A stretch of 64,000 bases of DNA from Eledone cirrhosa (Eukaryota). This document shows positions 43,375 to 58,038 of this stretch, one piece after another (positions within the stretch are counted from its first letter, which is position 1; each line of letters begins with the position of its first letter). A program made the translations under genes and the position numbers. The stretch covers positions 80,352,001 through 80,416,000 of the forward strand of contig OZ024746.1 of the NCBI GenBank assembly GCA_964016885.1, read 5' to 3'. The notes beneath the pieces are model-generated. The model made no database searches and was not told where the DNA came from. It was given only the letters and a program-made list of their open reading frames with translations.

Positions 43375-44236
43375 AGAGGGAAAGAGAGAGAGAGTGAGAG
43401 AGATGTAATATCCCGACCACGTGCGTTGTTATTTTTATAATCAATATCAAGGGCAGTGGATTAACAGTATCGGTAGGGAGTCGGACACCATGCTTTGCAG
43501 CATAGAGTTACGGTCCTTTACTGTCTGCGTTCAAATCTCGCCGAGGTTAACTTTGCCTTTCATCCTTACGGGGTCGGTAAAATAAAGTACCAGTAATGTA
43601 CTGGGGTCGATTTAATCGACTTTCCCTTTACTCCAAATTACTGGCCTTGTGCCTATATAAGAAACCATTATCACATTCAATATCATCATCATCATTTTCA
43701 ACATCATCATCATCATTATCCTCCTCCTCATCATCATCATCATCATTACTAAATTCAGCAGCAGTATTATTATCGTTGTATTGTCGATATTGTAGTTATT
43801 GTTTTTTCTTGTTTATATTTTTGTTATTCTTGTATGTTTTATTAATGATTCTGTTCTTGTGCTTGATGTCTTTTCTAGATTTATAGAAGCTGCTGTTGCC
43901 GTTGTGGTTGTTGTTACTGTTGTTGTTGTTGTTGTTGTTCTGGTTGTTGTTGTTGCCGTTGTTGTCGTTATAGGTGATGTTACTAACGTCTGCTGGTAAT
44001 GATTATGATGATGAGGCTGATTGTTGTTGTTGTTGTTGTCATTATAGGTGATGTTACTGCTGCTGCGGATAATGATTATGAAGATGAGGCTGATGATGGT
44101 GATGATGGTGATGATGGTGATAATGATGATGGTGGTGATGGTGATGATGGTGGTGATAGTGATAATGATGATGATGATAATGGTGATGATGATGAGCCTG
44201 GTGATGATGGTGAAGATGGTGATAAAGATGATGATA

Positions 44237-44296
<60 letters not shown>

Positions 44297-45429
44297 CTAC
44301 TGTTACGACGACTGTTTTCTTTTCAAAACTGCGCCAAAGGCATATAGTATTAAATCAAATATAAACAAATATAATAAAGAAATATAAAAATAAATTTTTA
44401 AAAATAAAAATAAAAATAATAAAAAATAGAAAATTAAAATTAGAATTAAAATAAAGTAAAATAATCTCTGAAGTTATCGATAATACGAAGAAAAAAAGAT
44501 GTAACAATATACAAATGTAAAAAAATAAATAATAATAATTTAAAACAACATCAAAAACAACAAAAGAAATAGATAGAAATAAATAATGAAAAAAAAACGA
44601 AGCTATGCAAACATCATCTTAACAATGAGAACATCACCTCATTACTAAAGTCGGTTGTTGTTTTTATTTATATATTTATTTATGGTTTTGGTTTTGTTCT
44701 TTTCGTTTTCATCTTCATTGCCGTTGTTGTTGTTGTTGCTGTTGCTGTTGCTGTTTTTCCGCTATCATCCATCCCACGCCACCATCCTTAATTTTTTTTT
44801 TTTTTTTTTCAAAATTGTATTTAGTTTTAATTTGTTCAAAAAAACTGACACATTATTCTTCTCAGGCGCCAAATAGAAATGAAGCTGAAGCATTCATTGG
44901 TAACTCGCTATCTCGTTCTCTGTTCCTCCTCACACAAGAATTCGAGCACAAAATGACGCGATCAAGGAAAATAACACGCTAAACAAAAACAAACAAAAAA
45001 CAACAACAACAAAATAAAATAAAAATTGTTAAATATATAGAAATAATAATAACAATAATAATAATAGTAATAATAGCAACAACAACAATATAAAAATAAT
45101 AATAGTAATAATGAACTAAAAACAAAAAAAAAGAAAGCAAAAGAGGAAAAAAAGAAACGCTGCTACACAAAAATGGATAACAAACAAAATCACTCGGATG
45201 GATTTATTTAATTATTTCTTTTTTTTTTAGAATGTGTTTGTTTTTAATGCGTTTTTTGTTGTTATTGTTGTTGTAGTAATTATATTTACTTCTGGTGGTT
45301 GTTACTGTTTTGTGTGTGTGTATATATATATATATACATACATATATATATATACATACATATACATATATATATATATACACACACACATATATATATA
45401 TATACAGATGTATATGTATATATATATAC

Positions 45430-45463
<34 letters not shown>

Positions 45464-45520
45464 AATATATATATATACATACATATATATATACATACAT
45501 ATATATATACACACAAACAA

Positions 45521-45584
<64 letters not shown>

Positions 45585-46348
45585 GCTGCTGTTGTGTGTA
45601 TGTGTGTCTATATATATATTTTAATTTTTATTTTTTTTATTTAAAATTTATATATTTAATAGTTGCTGTTTTCGTTCAGAGAGAGAGAAAAAAAAAGAGA
45701 GAGGGCGAGAGAGACAGAGAGAGAGAGAGTGGGTGATGATTTTTTATTTATTTATTTATTTATTTATTTATTCATTTATTCATTTATTTATTTAGTTTTT
45801 AATTTATTTCTATTATCAAATTTACTTGACTATTGAGAAACGAACGAAAATATATAGCTTGAAGCGTTCGTTATTTTAGCAGTAAAGTTGTAAAATAATA
45901 CTTGTGTAAAGAATGGCTGATCTTGTCGTCATCGAATACGGCGTTGTTGTCGTCAGCGCTGTCGTCATTGTTGTCCTTCAATTTTTTTCTTTTTTCTTTT
46001 TTGTTGTTGTTTTTTTTTATTTTATTTTATTTTTTTTTTGTAGTTTTCTTTAGTTGTTATAATTGATGTAGTTGTTGTAGTTGTTGTAGTTGTAGTTGCA
46101 GGTGTATTGTAGTTATTGTTGTTATTATTATGGTATTTTGTTATAGCATGTTGTTTGTTGTTAATGTTATTTACGCTTCTTCTTATTCTTCTTCTTCTTC
46201 TTCTTCTTCTTCTTCTTCTTCTTCTTCTTCTTCTTCTTCTTCTTCTTCTTCTTCTTCTTCTTCTTCTCCTATGTCTCCTGTTTGCGCTATTGTCTTTATC
46301 ATTGTCATTACTTTGGCTTTGTTTTACTTATTTTTCGTGATTGCTGAC

Positions 46349-46391
<43 letters not shown>

Positions 46392-46571
46392 ATCATGGTG
46401 ATGATGATGGTAATGTTGATAATGACGATAGGGATGTTTGCAGCGTCTGTTGCTGCTACTGCTGCTGCTGCTGTTGCTGCTGCTGTTGATGATGACAGCG
46501 ATGGGGATGCTACTGCTGAAGCAAGTAATGGTGATGATGATAATAACGGTTCTGATGCCGCGACTTCTGCT

Positions 46572-46622
<51 letters not shown>

Positions 46623-48342
46623 TTTGTGTTGTGGTTATTAATGGTAATAAGATGAGGTGGGGAGGGGAGTGGTGTTTGTGGTAGTATTTTGTCTTTGTTT
46701 TTCGTTCTGCTATTGTTGTCATTATTGTTGTAGTGTTTTCTTAGTTATTATTGTTGCTTTTCTTGCATTGTGCTCCCCCAGCCCCCTTTTTTTTAGGTTT
46801 GTGGGTGGGGGAGTTTATTTTTGTTTTGTGTTGTTTTTGTGGTTTGTTTTTGTTTTTATGGGGTGTTTTGGTTTTTATCTTACTGAAATTAGTGGTGAAG
46901 AAAATTAAAGGATGTGGTAACATACAAAAGGAAATTGTGGACAGGAGGGCTAGAGGAGAAGAATGAAAGGGGCGGTAATCTAGAATGAATATAGGAGTAG
47001 AGTATTGTAGTGTATTGTAAAAGTATTAAAGGGGTGTGTTGGATCTCTGTCGGTTTTGACGACGTGTGGTCCAGTTGATTCGATCAACGGAACAGCCTGC
47101 TTGTGAAATGAACGTAGACGAGACTGAGCATTACACAGACACGTGTACACTTAAAGCAGTTCTCAGGGAGATTCAGTGTGACACAGGACGTGTCAAGACT
47201 GACCTTTAGAATTACAGGTACAGCTCATTTTTGCCAGCTGAGTGGACTGGAACGACGTGATATATTGTGTTTTGCTCAAGCACACACACACCCTCTAAAA
47301 GAATGATAAATAAAATCGACCCGATTGGTATTTGAACAAAAATATTATTAACAATAACTGTTTCTACTTTAGGCACAAGGCCAGCAATTACCCAGTTCAT
47401 TACTGGTACTTTATTATTAACAATAACAATAGCACTTAAGTTTTCTTCCAATAATTTAGTAATGCTAATGATATTCCTAGTAGAAATCCATTGGGTGGTG
47501 GATGGCTCTTGCTTTATCGAATATCTTGTGGCATGAAGGCAAATGGCCTAGTGGTTAGGGTTTTGGACTCCCGATTATAATGTTCAGCAAAACACTTTAT
47601 TTCACGTTGCTCCTTGTAAGTGACCGATAGTGTTAACAATGGAAATACAAATGGAACCATTGTTTCCCTGATCTGATAAGATAAGTGTCTCCCTTTTCTT
47701 CTTGTTTTTATGAATATATCAGGAAATATGAAGTAGTGTACTATAACCGGAAAATAAGTCCCACAGAAACGCGCGCATATGGAATGGACCTCCGTCGGTT
47801 TCGAAAATAAGTGTCCAGTTGTTTAATCAATGGAATAATCTGTTCTTGAGCAAGACGCTTCATTTTACGTTGCTTTTTCGAGATAGGATTGAGATCACTT
47901 ATTAAAATAGCCGAGAAACATCCTACGAGATTCGACCTCGTTGGAAGCCTACTAAACTTACATAGGTACGAGGCGCAAGTTTTTTTTTTTTGGAGGGGGG
48001 GGGGGGGGGGGGAGTTTCAGTACCATGTTGATATCACAACTAGCTTCCAGATATAATGACTGCACTGATACAAAATATATGGAAGTCTAACGATTAAAGA
48101 GACGCTGAATATTACTAAGTAAGTTCTAGAGCAGATTGCTTCGATACCTTATCACAAACCATCATAGGGGTTCAGTTCATCACTAAAAGCTAACAAAACA
48201 CTCCATAACTATACAGTACATATGCTCTTTGGATCTGTACTTCGTTCTTTATTTGAGTTAGTCATCACGGTGTTATGTTAACAAGTCTATTTATCGATAG
48301 GCGGTTCAGAGTCAAAAAAGTTTAAAATGTATGCATTATTAT

Positions 48343-48733
48343 TGGTGGATTGGCAGTATCGGTAGAGGGTCGGACGTCATGCTTTGACGCATAGAGTTAC
48401 GGCCCTTTCCATTCTGAGTTCAAATCCCGCCGAGTTTAACTTTGCTTTTCATCCTTACGGGGGTCGATAAAATAAAGTACCAGTAATACACTGGATAATT
48501 GCTGGCCTTGTGCCAAAAGTAGAAACAATTATTATTATAATTGAAAGGCGGTAGATTGGCAGTATCGGTATAAGGTCGGACGCCGTGGTTTGCAGCATGG
48601 AATTACGGCCCTTTACGGTCTGAGTTCAAATCCCGCCGAGGTTAACTTTGCCTTTCATCCTTACGGGGTCGATAAAATAAAGTACCAGTAATACACTGGA
48701 ATAATTGCTGGTCTTGTGCCAAAAGTAGAAATA
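48343..48733 (+). mobile_element. Two head-to-tail SINE family A copies
   Basis: 48343-48530 and 48545-48733, separated by an (ATT)n tail. Confidence 0.9.
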
Positions 48734-49018
48734 ATTATAATTGAAGCATTGAGTTCAACACAATATGCCTCGTTTCGCATATTGACGCGTGCACACATAC
48801 ACACACACGTGTGTGTATGTGTATACATATGTTCTTATCAAAAAACACTCGATTATTGGCTCGTACGAGTCTTCCCAGCTGCCTGTTCGGGTCATTTTGC
48901 AGTCTGAACAAAATATTATGCACTTCAACCCAACCCTCGAGCACGAAATTACATTCTCCAGTGGATGGATTATGAGGAAGATATATGTTTATATATACTA
49001 TATATATATGTGTGTGTA

Positions 49019-49131
<113 letters not shown>

Positions 49132-50086
49132 GTGTGTGTATTGTGTGTACATATATTCATACGTATTCATACACACATGTATGTAATATATACACATCTA
49201 AGAATTAGTAGAAAAACTCACAACAAATCCACAGCACCGATAAGTCCGGATAATTACACCGACATAGTTAAGGAGAACAACCGTTATCTGGATGAAAAAA
49301 CTCCACGTTTCTTCACATTTTTAAAAGATACACTATACAAATGCAAGAAATGTTTCTATCAGTATCTCAATGAACAGATTAACTTTTTTATGGTTTAAAA
49401 CTATCATACGCAGGTATAATAGCTGTCGACTACGTCAACTGTTAGGAAACTAGAATCAAATAAACGAATAATCCACAACGGCAAAAGATTAGAACGCTTA
49501 TTTTAAATCTTAACCACATGAATTCGCATTAGCAAGACATTCTTGAATAATATCAAACAACACCGTGAAAACACCACATTAAAAAATTAGTATTTTTAAT
49601 CTAACGTGTTCTTAGCTCACGAAGGATCGTTAGGGTGCCGTCCGGAAACATGACGTGTGTTAGGCATTTTAAACCTGGGGGATTATATCCCTCTCCTGGT
49701 AAGACCATAACATTTCTTCTAGAGATAGAAAGAGCGGAGAAAGAGGTGTGTGGGAAGAATCGAATCCAGTACGTTTTTATCGACCTCAAAAGGATAAAAA
49801 GCAAAGCTGACCTCAGCATACAGAGCCGGAACAAAAACTGAGACAATTTTAAACCAACTCTCTAATGACTGTCAGTTTTCCGCTTTCTCATTACTCTAAT
49901 GATGCAAAGTTTAGCAATGAGCTGCTCACTGATAAAGATACTATAAACATTTGAATTACCAAACCTATTTTTAGATATTTAATAGTCATTACCGGAAGTT
50001 AAGAGTCATTAATAAGCGTATATATATATAGGTGTGTGTGTGAACACAGCGACTCTACAACTCTCTGGGGAGGTACAGAACTATGT

Positions 50087-50127
<41 letters not shown>

Positions 50128-50128
50128 G

Positions 50129-50159
<31 letters not shown>

Positions 50160-50286
50160 CACACACATATATAAACCCGTAGTAAACAGCTGACGAAGGA
50201 AAACTGTCCATCTCTTGTTTTTGTCGCCTTCTAACACTCGTTATCAGTAACCACACAGCCTCACCCTCCACTATCCATATTTTTGT

Positions 50287-50369
<83 letters not shown>

Positions 50370-50459
50370 GTAATTCCGTCGGAAAAGTCCAGGAAAAAAG
50401 AGTGCTCTATGTAGGTAACAGAGCTTAATAGTTATGTAATAAACAACATAAGGCAATTA

Positions 50460-50520
50460 TTTCATTTACCAGTGGTTTCTTGAAAGCAAACAAATTTTGC
50501 TTTCAATCATCAGAATGAAA
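50460..50520 (-). ncRNA. Canonical type I hammerhead ribozyme (second, inverted copy)
   Basis: Reverse complement of 51622-51682 except helix III loop ACT instead of TCT. Confidence 0.9.
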
Positions 50521-51621
50521 AAATCCTGGTGTATTTATTGGCATTGGATTTTAAAAACAAAAATATAATCTATATGAAAGTGAGGCTGGAAAAGGAAGAA
50601 GGAAAGGAAAAATAAACACACATGCAAACACACACGCACACACACACACAATTATATACATACACATATATATATATATACATACACACATACATACACA
50701 CACACATATACACACACACACACATACACATATATATGTGTATATATATACATACACATACATATACACATACATACATACACACATAATTATCAACATA
50801 TCCATACATACAAATACACAAACGTGCATACACACACACACACATATATATACATGCATATATATATATATACATAAACATATATATACATACATACATA
50901 CATACATACACACACATACATATATATACACATATATATATACCTATATATATACACATACATATACATACATATATACATACACATACATACACACATA
51001 TATACACGCATACATACACGCATACATACGCATGCACAAATATAGAAATATGTACACACACCTCTATTATATTTTTTCTTATATTTATTTGTGTGTGAGT
51101 ATGTAGAGGTGTGTAAATATTTCTATATTTGTGCATGCGTATGTATGCGTGTATATATGTGTGTATGTATGTGTATGTATATATGTATGTATATGTATGT
51201 GTATATATATATGTATATATATATGTGTATATATATGTATGTGTGTGTATGTATGTATGTATATATATGTTTATGTATATATATATATATGCATGTATAT
51301 ATATGTGTGTGTGTGTGTATGCACGTTTGTGTATTTGTATGTATGTGTATGTATGGATATGTTGATAATTATGTGTGTATGTATGTATGTGTGTATGTAT
51401 GTGTATGTATATATATACACATATATATGTGTGTGTGTGTATGTGTGTGTGTATGTATGTGTGTATGTTTATATATATGTGTATGTATATAATTGTGTGC
51501 GTGTGTGTGTGTGTTTGCATGTGTGTTTATTTTTCCTTTCCTTCTTCCTTTTCCAGCCTCACTTTCATATAGATTATATTTTTGTTTTTAAAATCCAATG
51601 CCAATAAATACACCAGGATTT

Positions 51622-51682
51622 TTTCATTCTGATGATTGAAAGCAAAATTTGTTTGCTTTCAAGAAACCTCTGGTAAATGAAA
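51622..51682 (+). ncRNA. Canonical type I hammerhead ribozyme
   Basis: TTTCATT - CTGATGA - TTGAAAGCAAA atttg TTTGCTTTCAA (11-bp helix II) - GAAA - CC tct GG - TA (GUA triplet, cleavage predicted after 51675) - AATGAAA (7-bp helix I). All core nucleotides present. Confidence 0.9.
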
Positions 51683-51730
51683 TAATTGCCTTATGTTGTT
51701 TATTACATAACTATATATATATATATATAT

Positions 51731-52040
51731 TATACTTTGGGACAGTCATGCTGCCAATTATAACACACGCACCTGTCGGTTTTCACTTCGATTTACTACA
51801 ATTTTGCAGTTGTTTGGTTTAATAACCAGATGGTTGTTTATTTATTGTCAAAGCTCTTTTGTCACACTTTTTGTGGCTCCCTCAGTGACTAATTTGTTAT
51901 TTGGTATCCCTCCTTTGTTCTGTCCTACACCATATTGTTTTAGTGAGGTGTGTACTTGACCTGTGTGTGTGAGTTCGTCTGCGTATGTTGCGACCGATAT
52001 GATATGAACTGTATATTTGAATCGAAAACCATCGAACGTA
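51731..52040 (-). mobile_element. pLTR-like repeat (family Y), degenerate HHR
   Basis: Aligns by eye with 25376-25632 (ATGGTTGTTTA..TATTGTCAAAGCTCTTT.GTCACAC, CTCAGTGACTA). Confidence 0.6.
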
Positions 52041-52506
52041 TCTATCTATCTATCTATATATCTATCTATATATCTATCTATATATCTATCTATATATCTA
52101 TCTATATATATAAATATATGGAAGATATTGGCTGTTTAAAATGCCCAGCACAGGGCATCTACGATGTCTCAGGAGCTAAGGGCAATTTCGTTTTCATTCT
52201 TTTTCTTATTTCTTAAATAAATGAATTATTAGTTATTTTATCGAAAAAACCCACAAACGTAGCAGAAAGTGAGAAAAGAGACTCTCACTTTGGAGAGATA
52301 ATGAAAGGGAGACAAATGAGACAATACACTACTAGAATGAAAGAGATGTCAATGAACTACAGTTATGTCTTAAACATTCGAAGTAGGCAAAAACTTTGGT
52401 ATTTAAACAAAGTTATGTCTGAAAAATTAGAAAGACATAAAAACAAATTTAGAAACACATAAAAACAGAATATATGTGTGTGTGTGTATGTGTGTATATA
52501 TATATA

Positions 52507-52561
<55 letters not shown>

Positions 52562-52915
52562 AATGTATATATATGTGTATGTATGTATATGTATATAGGT
52601 CATTGCAAACAAAGACCATAGATAAAAATGCTGCTAAAAGCAAGACTGAATCCAAAAAAACAAGTTTTGGAATTGTGTAACATGGTTGTACTGATTCATC
52701 TCTATATGACCCCCCTCAACACCTCTCTCTCTCTCTCTCTCTGTATATATATATATATATACAAACATACACACACACACGTATATACCTATATATATAT
52801 AAACATACACACACGCACATATATATGTATATATATATATATATATACAAATGGAATTACAGTATAGTCGAAGCTCGAGCCGCAGCTAAGCCAACAAATG
52901 CAATCAGAATATATA

Positions 52916-52971
<56 letters not shown>

Positions 52972-53154
52972 CACTTCATTTTTATGCTTCTCTCCGTGTC
53001 TCGTTTTTTCTTTTATGTCACATTATCTAGTTCTTTCCACACTCTCTTTTACACCCCCCACTCTCCCTCTCTCCCTCTCTTTCACTCTCACTCTCTCTCG
53101 CTCACTCTCTATTTCTCTTTCACTCTTTCACTCTCTTTCAATTTCTCACTCACA

Positions 53155-53217
<63 letters not shown>

Positions 53218-53916
53218 TCTCTCTCTCTCTCTCTTGCACCTTCTCTCTCTTGCACTTTTTCTCTCACTGTCACGCTCTCACTCTCTCCCTCCCTCTATCT
53301 CTCTCTCTCTCACTCACTCACTCACTCACTCACTCACTCACTCTTTCGTTCATTTTCTTTCTCTTTAATTTGTATTTATATCTGTCTAGTAACCTCACAT
53401 CATTTCATTACTGAACCATCATCACCAACTCCACCCCCGCCAATACAACCATTACCACTACCACCACCACTACCACCACCACCACCACTACCACCTCCAT
53501 TACCACCACCACCACAACAACAACAACCATCACCACAACCACCACCACTACCACCACTACCATCACCACTAGCACCACCACAACAACAACCATCACCACA
53601 ACCACCACCACTACCACCACTATCATCACCACTAGCACCACCACAACAACAACCATCACCACAACCACCACCACTACCACCACCACCACCACCATCACCT
53701 CAACAACAACAACACCAACCATCATCACCACCACCACAAGCACCACAATCACTACCTTCTCTTTAATAAATCACACAATGATTGTAGCAGCTATAATACC
53801 AGTGGAAGCTACCTACAATCGACTTAGTTAAATGTCTGTCACAAAGGTAAGTTAATAACAACTAATTCTGAAGAAATCCCCCTTCTCCCCCTTCTCACCT
53901 GTCTTATTATTTCTAT

Positions 53917-53963
<47 letters not shown>

Positions 53964-54073
53964 TTTTGCTTATAGGAACATATTTGTGTGTGTATGTTTA
54001 TGTGTGATTGTTCTAGTTGACGAAACCGTCTATATGTGTATGTTTGTATATTTGTAAGATTGTGTGTGTGTGT

Positions 54074-54146
<73 letters not shown>

Positions 54147-54151
54147 TGTGT

Positions 54152-54266
<115 letters not shown>

Positions 54267-54359
54267 CAAGTGTGAGTGTGTGAGTCTGTATAAGAGATTC
54301 AATATCAATTGAGAATCTAAATATACAACCGTTCGGTCGTTTTCTATTCATATAGACAG

Positions 54360-54618
54360 TTCATATGATATCGGTCGCAACGTGCGCAGACGAACTTTCA
54401 CACATATGTCAAGTACACAGCTCACAAAAACAAGATGGTGTAGGACAGAACGAAATAGTCACTGAATGGTCACAGTATGTGTGACGAAAGAGTATTGACA
54501 ATCAACAACTAAACAACCATCCAGTTATTAAACTAACCGACTTTGAGTTTATAATAGATTAGACTGAAAACTAACAGGTGCGTGTGTTTTGATTAGCAGC
54601 ATGACTCTCCCAAAGTAT
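54360..54618 (+). mobile_element. pLTR-like repeat (family Y) with degenerate HHR
   Basis: GTCA-CTGAATG-GTCACA gtatg TGTGAC-GAAA-GAGT-AT-TGAC at ~54458-54499; homologous to 25376-25632(-) and 51731-52040(-). Confidence 0.6.
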
Positions 54619-54676
54619 ACACACACACACACACATATATATATGTATATATATATACATATATATATACATATAT

Positions 54677-54705
<29 letters not shown>

Positions 54706-54711
<6 letters not shown>

Positions 54712-56081
54712 GTTATATTTGGGGAGGGTCATATTTGCGTAATATTGCCAGAATTAATAACAGAACACACTCACTGTTTGGTTGGTTTTCGCTTCTCGCT
54801 GTCTTTTATATATATATATATCTGCGATCTAACTTACTCGGTCCTCAATGTTGCCATTGACTGACCGGCGGTCAAAAATAATACAGATACAATATAGACA
54901 CAAACACATATATATAGTTTACATAATTTACATAAATCTTTCGTTGCACATCTGCAACATCGTCAGTGGTGTTATATTCATTGTTCCTCCTGTTGTGTTG
55001 TATGTCTACGCCATTTTTTTTGTTCAGTCTGTCTATATATTTATTTATTTATTTGCTTGTTTGTTTATCTTATTTTATTTTGTCTTCTTTGCGCATGCGT
55101 TTGCGTGTGTGTATAGTGTTATGTGTGATGTGTGACTAGTGTGTATAGTGTTGTGTCTGCTGGGTGACTAGTGTGTGTTTATGTGCTTGTGTATGTATTT
55201 ATTTATCTTATTTTATTTAATTTTATTTACTTATTTATACTTCTCTTAGGTCAGTGACCTAAGAGAAGTATAAATAAGTATATATATAGGTCAGTGACCT
55301 AAGAGAAGTATAAATAAGTAAATAAAATTAAATAAAATAAGATAAATAAATACATACATGTATTTATATACATATTAATATGTATTTATTTATCTTATTT
55401 TATTTAATTTTATTTACTTATTTATACTTCTCTTAGGTCAGTGACCTAAGAGAAGTATAAATAAGTATATATATAGGTCAGTGACCTAAGAGAAGTATAA
55501 ATAAGTAAATAAAATTAAATAAAATAAGATAAATAAATACATACACAAGCACATAAACACACACTAGTCACCCAGCAGACACAACACTATACACACTAGT
55601 CACACATCACACATAACACTATACACACACGCAAACGCATGCGCAAAGAAGACAAAATAAAATAAGATAAACAAACAAGCAAATAAATAAATAAATATAT
55701 AGACAGACTGAACAAAAAAAATGGCGTAGACATACAACACAACAGGAGGAACAATGAATATAACACCACTGACGATGTTGCAGATGTGCAACGAAAGATT
55801 TATGTAAATTATGTAAACTATATATATGTGTTTGTGTCTATATTGTATCTGTATTATTTTTGACCGCCGGTCAGTCAATGGCAACATTGAGGACCGAGTA
55901 AGTTAGATCGCAGATATATATATATAAAAGACAGCGAGAAGCGAAAACCAACCAAACAGTGAGTGTGTTCTGTTATTAATTCTGGCAATATTACGCAAAT
56001 ATGACCCTCCCCAAATATAACAATATCTGTTTCGACACACGATTTCATATAAAAAAACCTCGCAAAACTAATTCATCGCCG

Positions 56082-56082
<1 letters not shown>
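54706..56082. mobile_element. 1.3 kb palindromic (fold-back) element in (TA)n with nested hairpin core
   Basis: Identical ORF translations 54848-55135(+) and 55600-55887(-) show the inverted arms. Right arm extends to 56082. HHR-like CTGACGA-T-GTTGCA gatg TGCAAC-GAAA-GATT-TA at 55769-55802 and its mirror near 54933-54966. Confidence 0.85.
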
Positions 56083-56176
<94 letters not shown>

Positions 56177-56181
56177 TATAA

Positions 56182-56444
<263 letters not shown>

Positions 56445-56849
56445 TAAAATATGTCTTTAGAATCACTAGATATAATATATACCATTTCCTCTCCCAATTA
56501 GCATAATTAACCATATAAAAAATCAATTAGACAAAGCTATTAGACAAAGGCTTCTATGAAGAAATCTCCGACAAATAACCGAAAGCAGCCCCTTCGCGGC
56601 GGCAACGATAGATTATTTATCTAACATTTCGACAGCATGTAAAAATCGACCAGATATACAGTCAACCAAACACAATTAGGTGTAAAAATTGAACTTAGAA
56701 GAATTGTGTACATACCAAATTACCTCTACCATGGTTTCATCCGTATTTTAAGACATCCGATAACGGAATGTCTAGAGTTTCGGATTCACCAGGAGCGAAC
56801 TCAAAATTAGACATTTAATTTTCCAAAGTGATCGCGCCAAAAATACATT

Positions 56850-56930
<81 letters not shown>

Positions 56931-57154
56931 ATATAATTGGAAATCAGTAAAATCGAATCTCTGGCGTTTGCAAGTGAATTCGGCCTACTTATATGAAATG
57001 ATGAGTTAGCAAAGCACTCGATAAGATAGGACCTTAGAGTAATAACATACGTTTAAATAGCTTGACAAATCGAACATTGTGGTAGGCTAATCTAACACAC
57101 AATATATACCAGAGCAACGATAGAACTAATCAGGTTGAATATATATATATATAC

Positions 57155-57252
<98 letters not shown>

Positions 57253-57981
57253 TCATCATTATCATGATCAACATCATCATTAATTTCATCATGAGTAGAG
57301 AGCTGAAACCACTTCATCAGTCTCACTGTCATACAAATAGCGAGTCAGACATTCAATCAGACAGCCAGTCAGCCAGAGGTTCGGCCATCTTTGCAATAAT
57401 AACCAACTAAAACGTTACACGAACAAGTTTAAACATCGCAGCTTTTTAATACACAATTTAAAAGCAGAAGGCTCAATAAAAACCTCTTTTGAAAAAACAC
57501 CACTGAAGTTTATGGAGATATATTCCGTTTTATTTCATGTTATTTCATTAATATATGTCTGCGTGTGTGTGTGTATATATGTCTGCGCGTGTGTGTGTAT
57601 ATATATATATATATACACACGCAGACATATATTAATGAAATAACATGCAATAAAACGGAATATATAGATATAGATATAGATATAGATATAGATATATATA
57701 CAAACACATATATATGAACATATTTGTGTGTGGTGGGGGGGGGGGGGGGGGGGGGGCGTGTGTCTGTCGTTCTCTTCTCAGAGTTTTTTGTGGTTCTATG
57801 GTTTTCTATCATTGTTAAAAATGGAAATTATGAAATCACTTGAAACATTCAATGAGTAACACAAACTTATATCATCTATCTAATTTTTCTATTGATATTT
57901 TGAAATTTCTAAATTCCTCGTTTCATTCCCATTCTTCCTCACTTTTTTCACCTCTCTTTATCTCTTCTCTCCCTCTCTAGG

Positions 57982-58038
<57 letters not shown>

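Larger units (their letters stand above)
50367..51713. mobile_element. Non-coding fold-back element (inverted pLTR pair) with HHRs, inserted in (TA)n
   Basis: Inverted arms ~50429-51066 and ~51104-51713 with a 37-bp spacer; left arm extends ~60 bp further; (TA)n on both flanks. Confidence 0.85.

Noticed and set aside
43999-44364. Asp-rich ORF
   Set aside because: (GAT)n microsatellite, open in several frames.
50190-50215. CTGACGAAGGA..TCC hammerhead-like start
   Set aside because: GAAA core missing; the similar partial motifs at ~18385-18410, 42901-42920 and 59270-59330 were also too degenerate to call.
52825-53766. 313-aa proline-rich ORF
   Set aside because: Built from (TA)n, (CT)n and (CCA/CAA)n tracts; no splice or domain support.
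54848-55887. Two identical 95-aa ORFs as a duplicated gene
   Set aside because: By-product of the DNA palindrome; low complexity, no homology recognised.
57285-57325. Minus-strand CTGATGA motif
   Set aside because: GAAA is not adjacent to the candidate helix II; no helix I.
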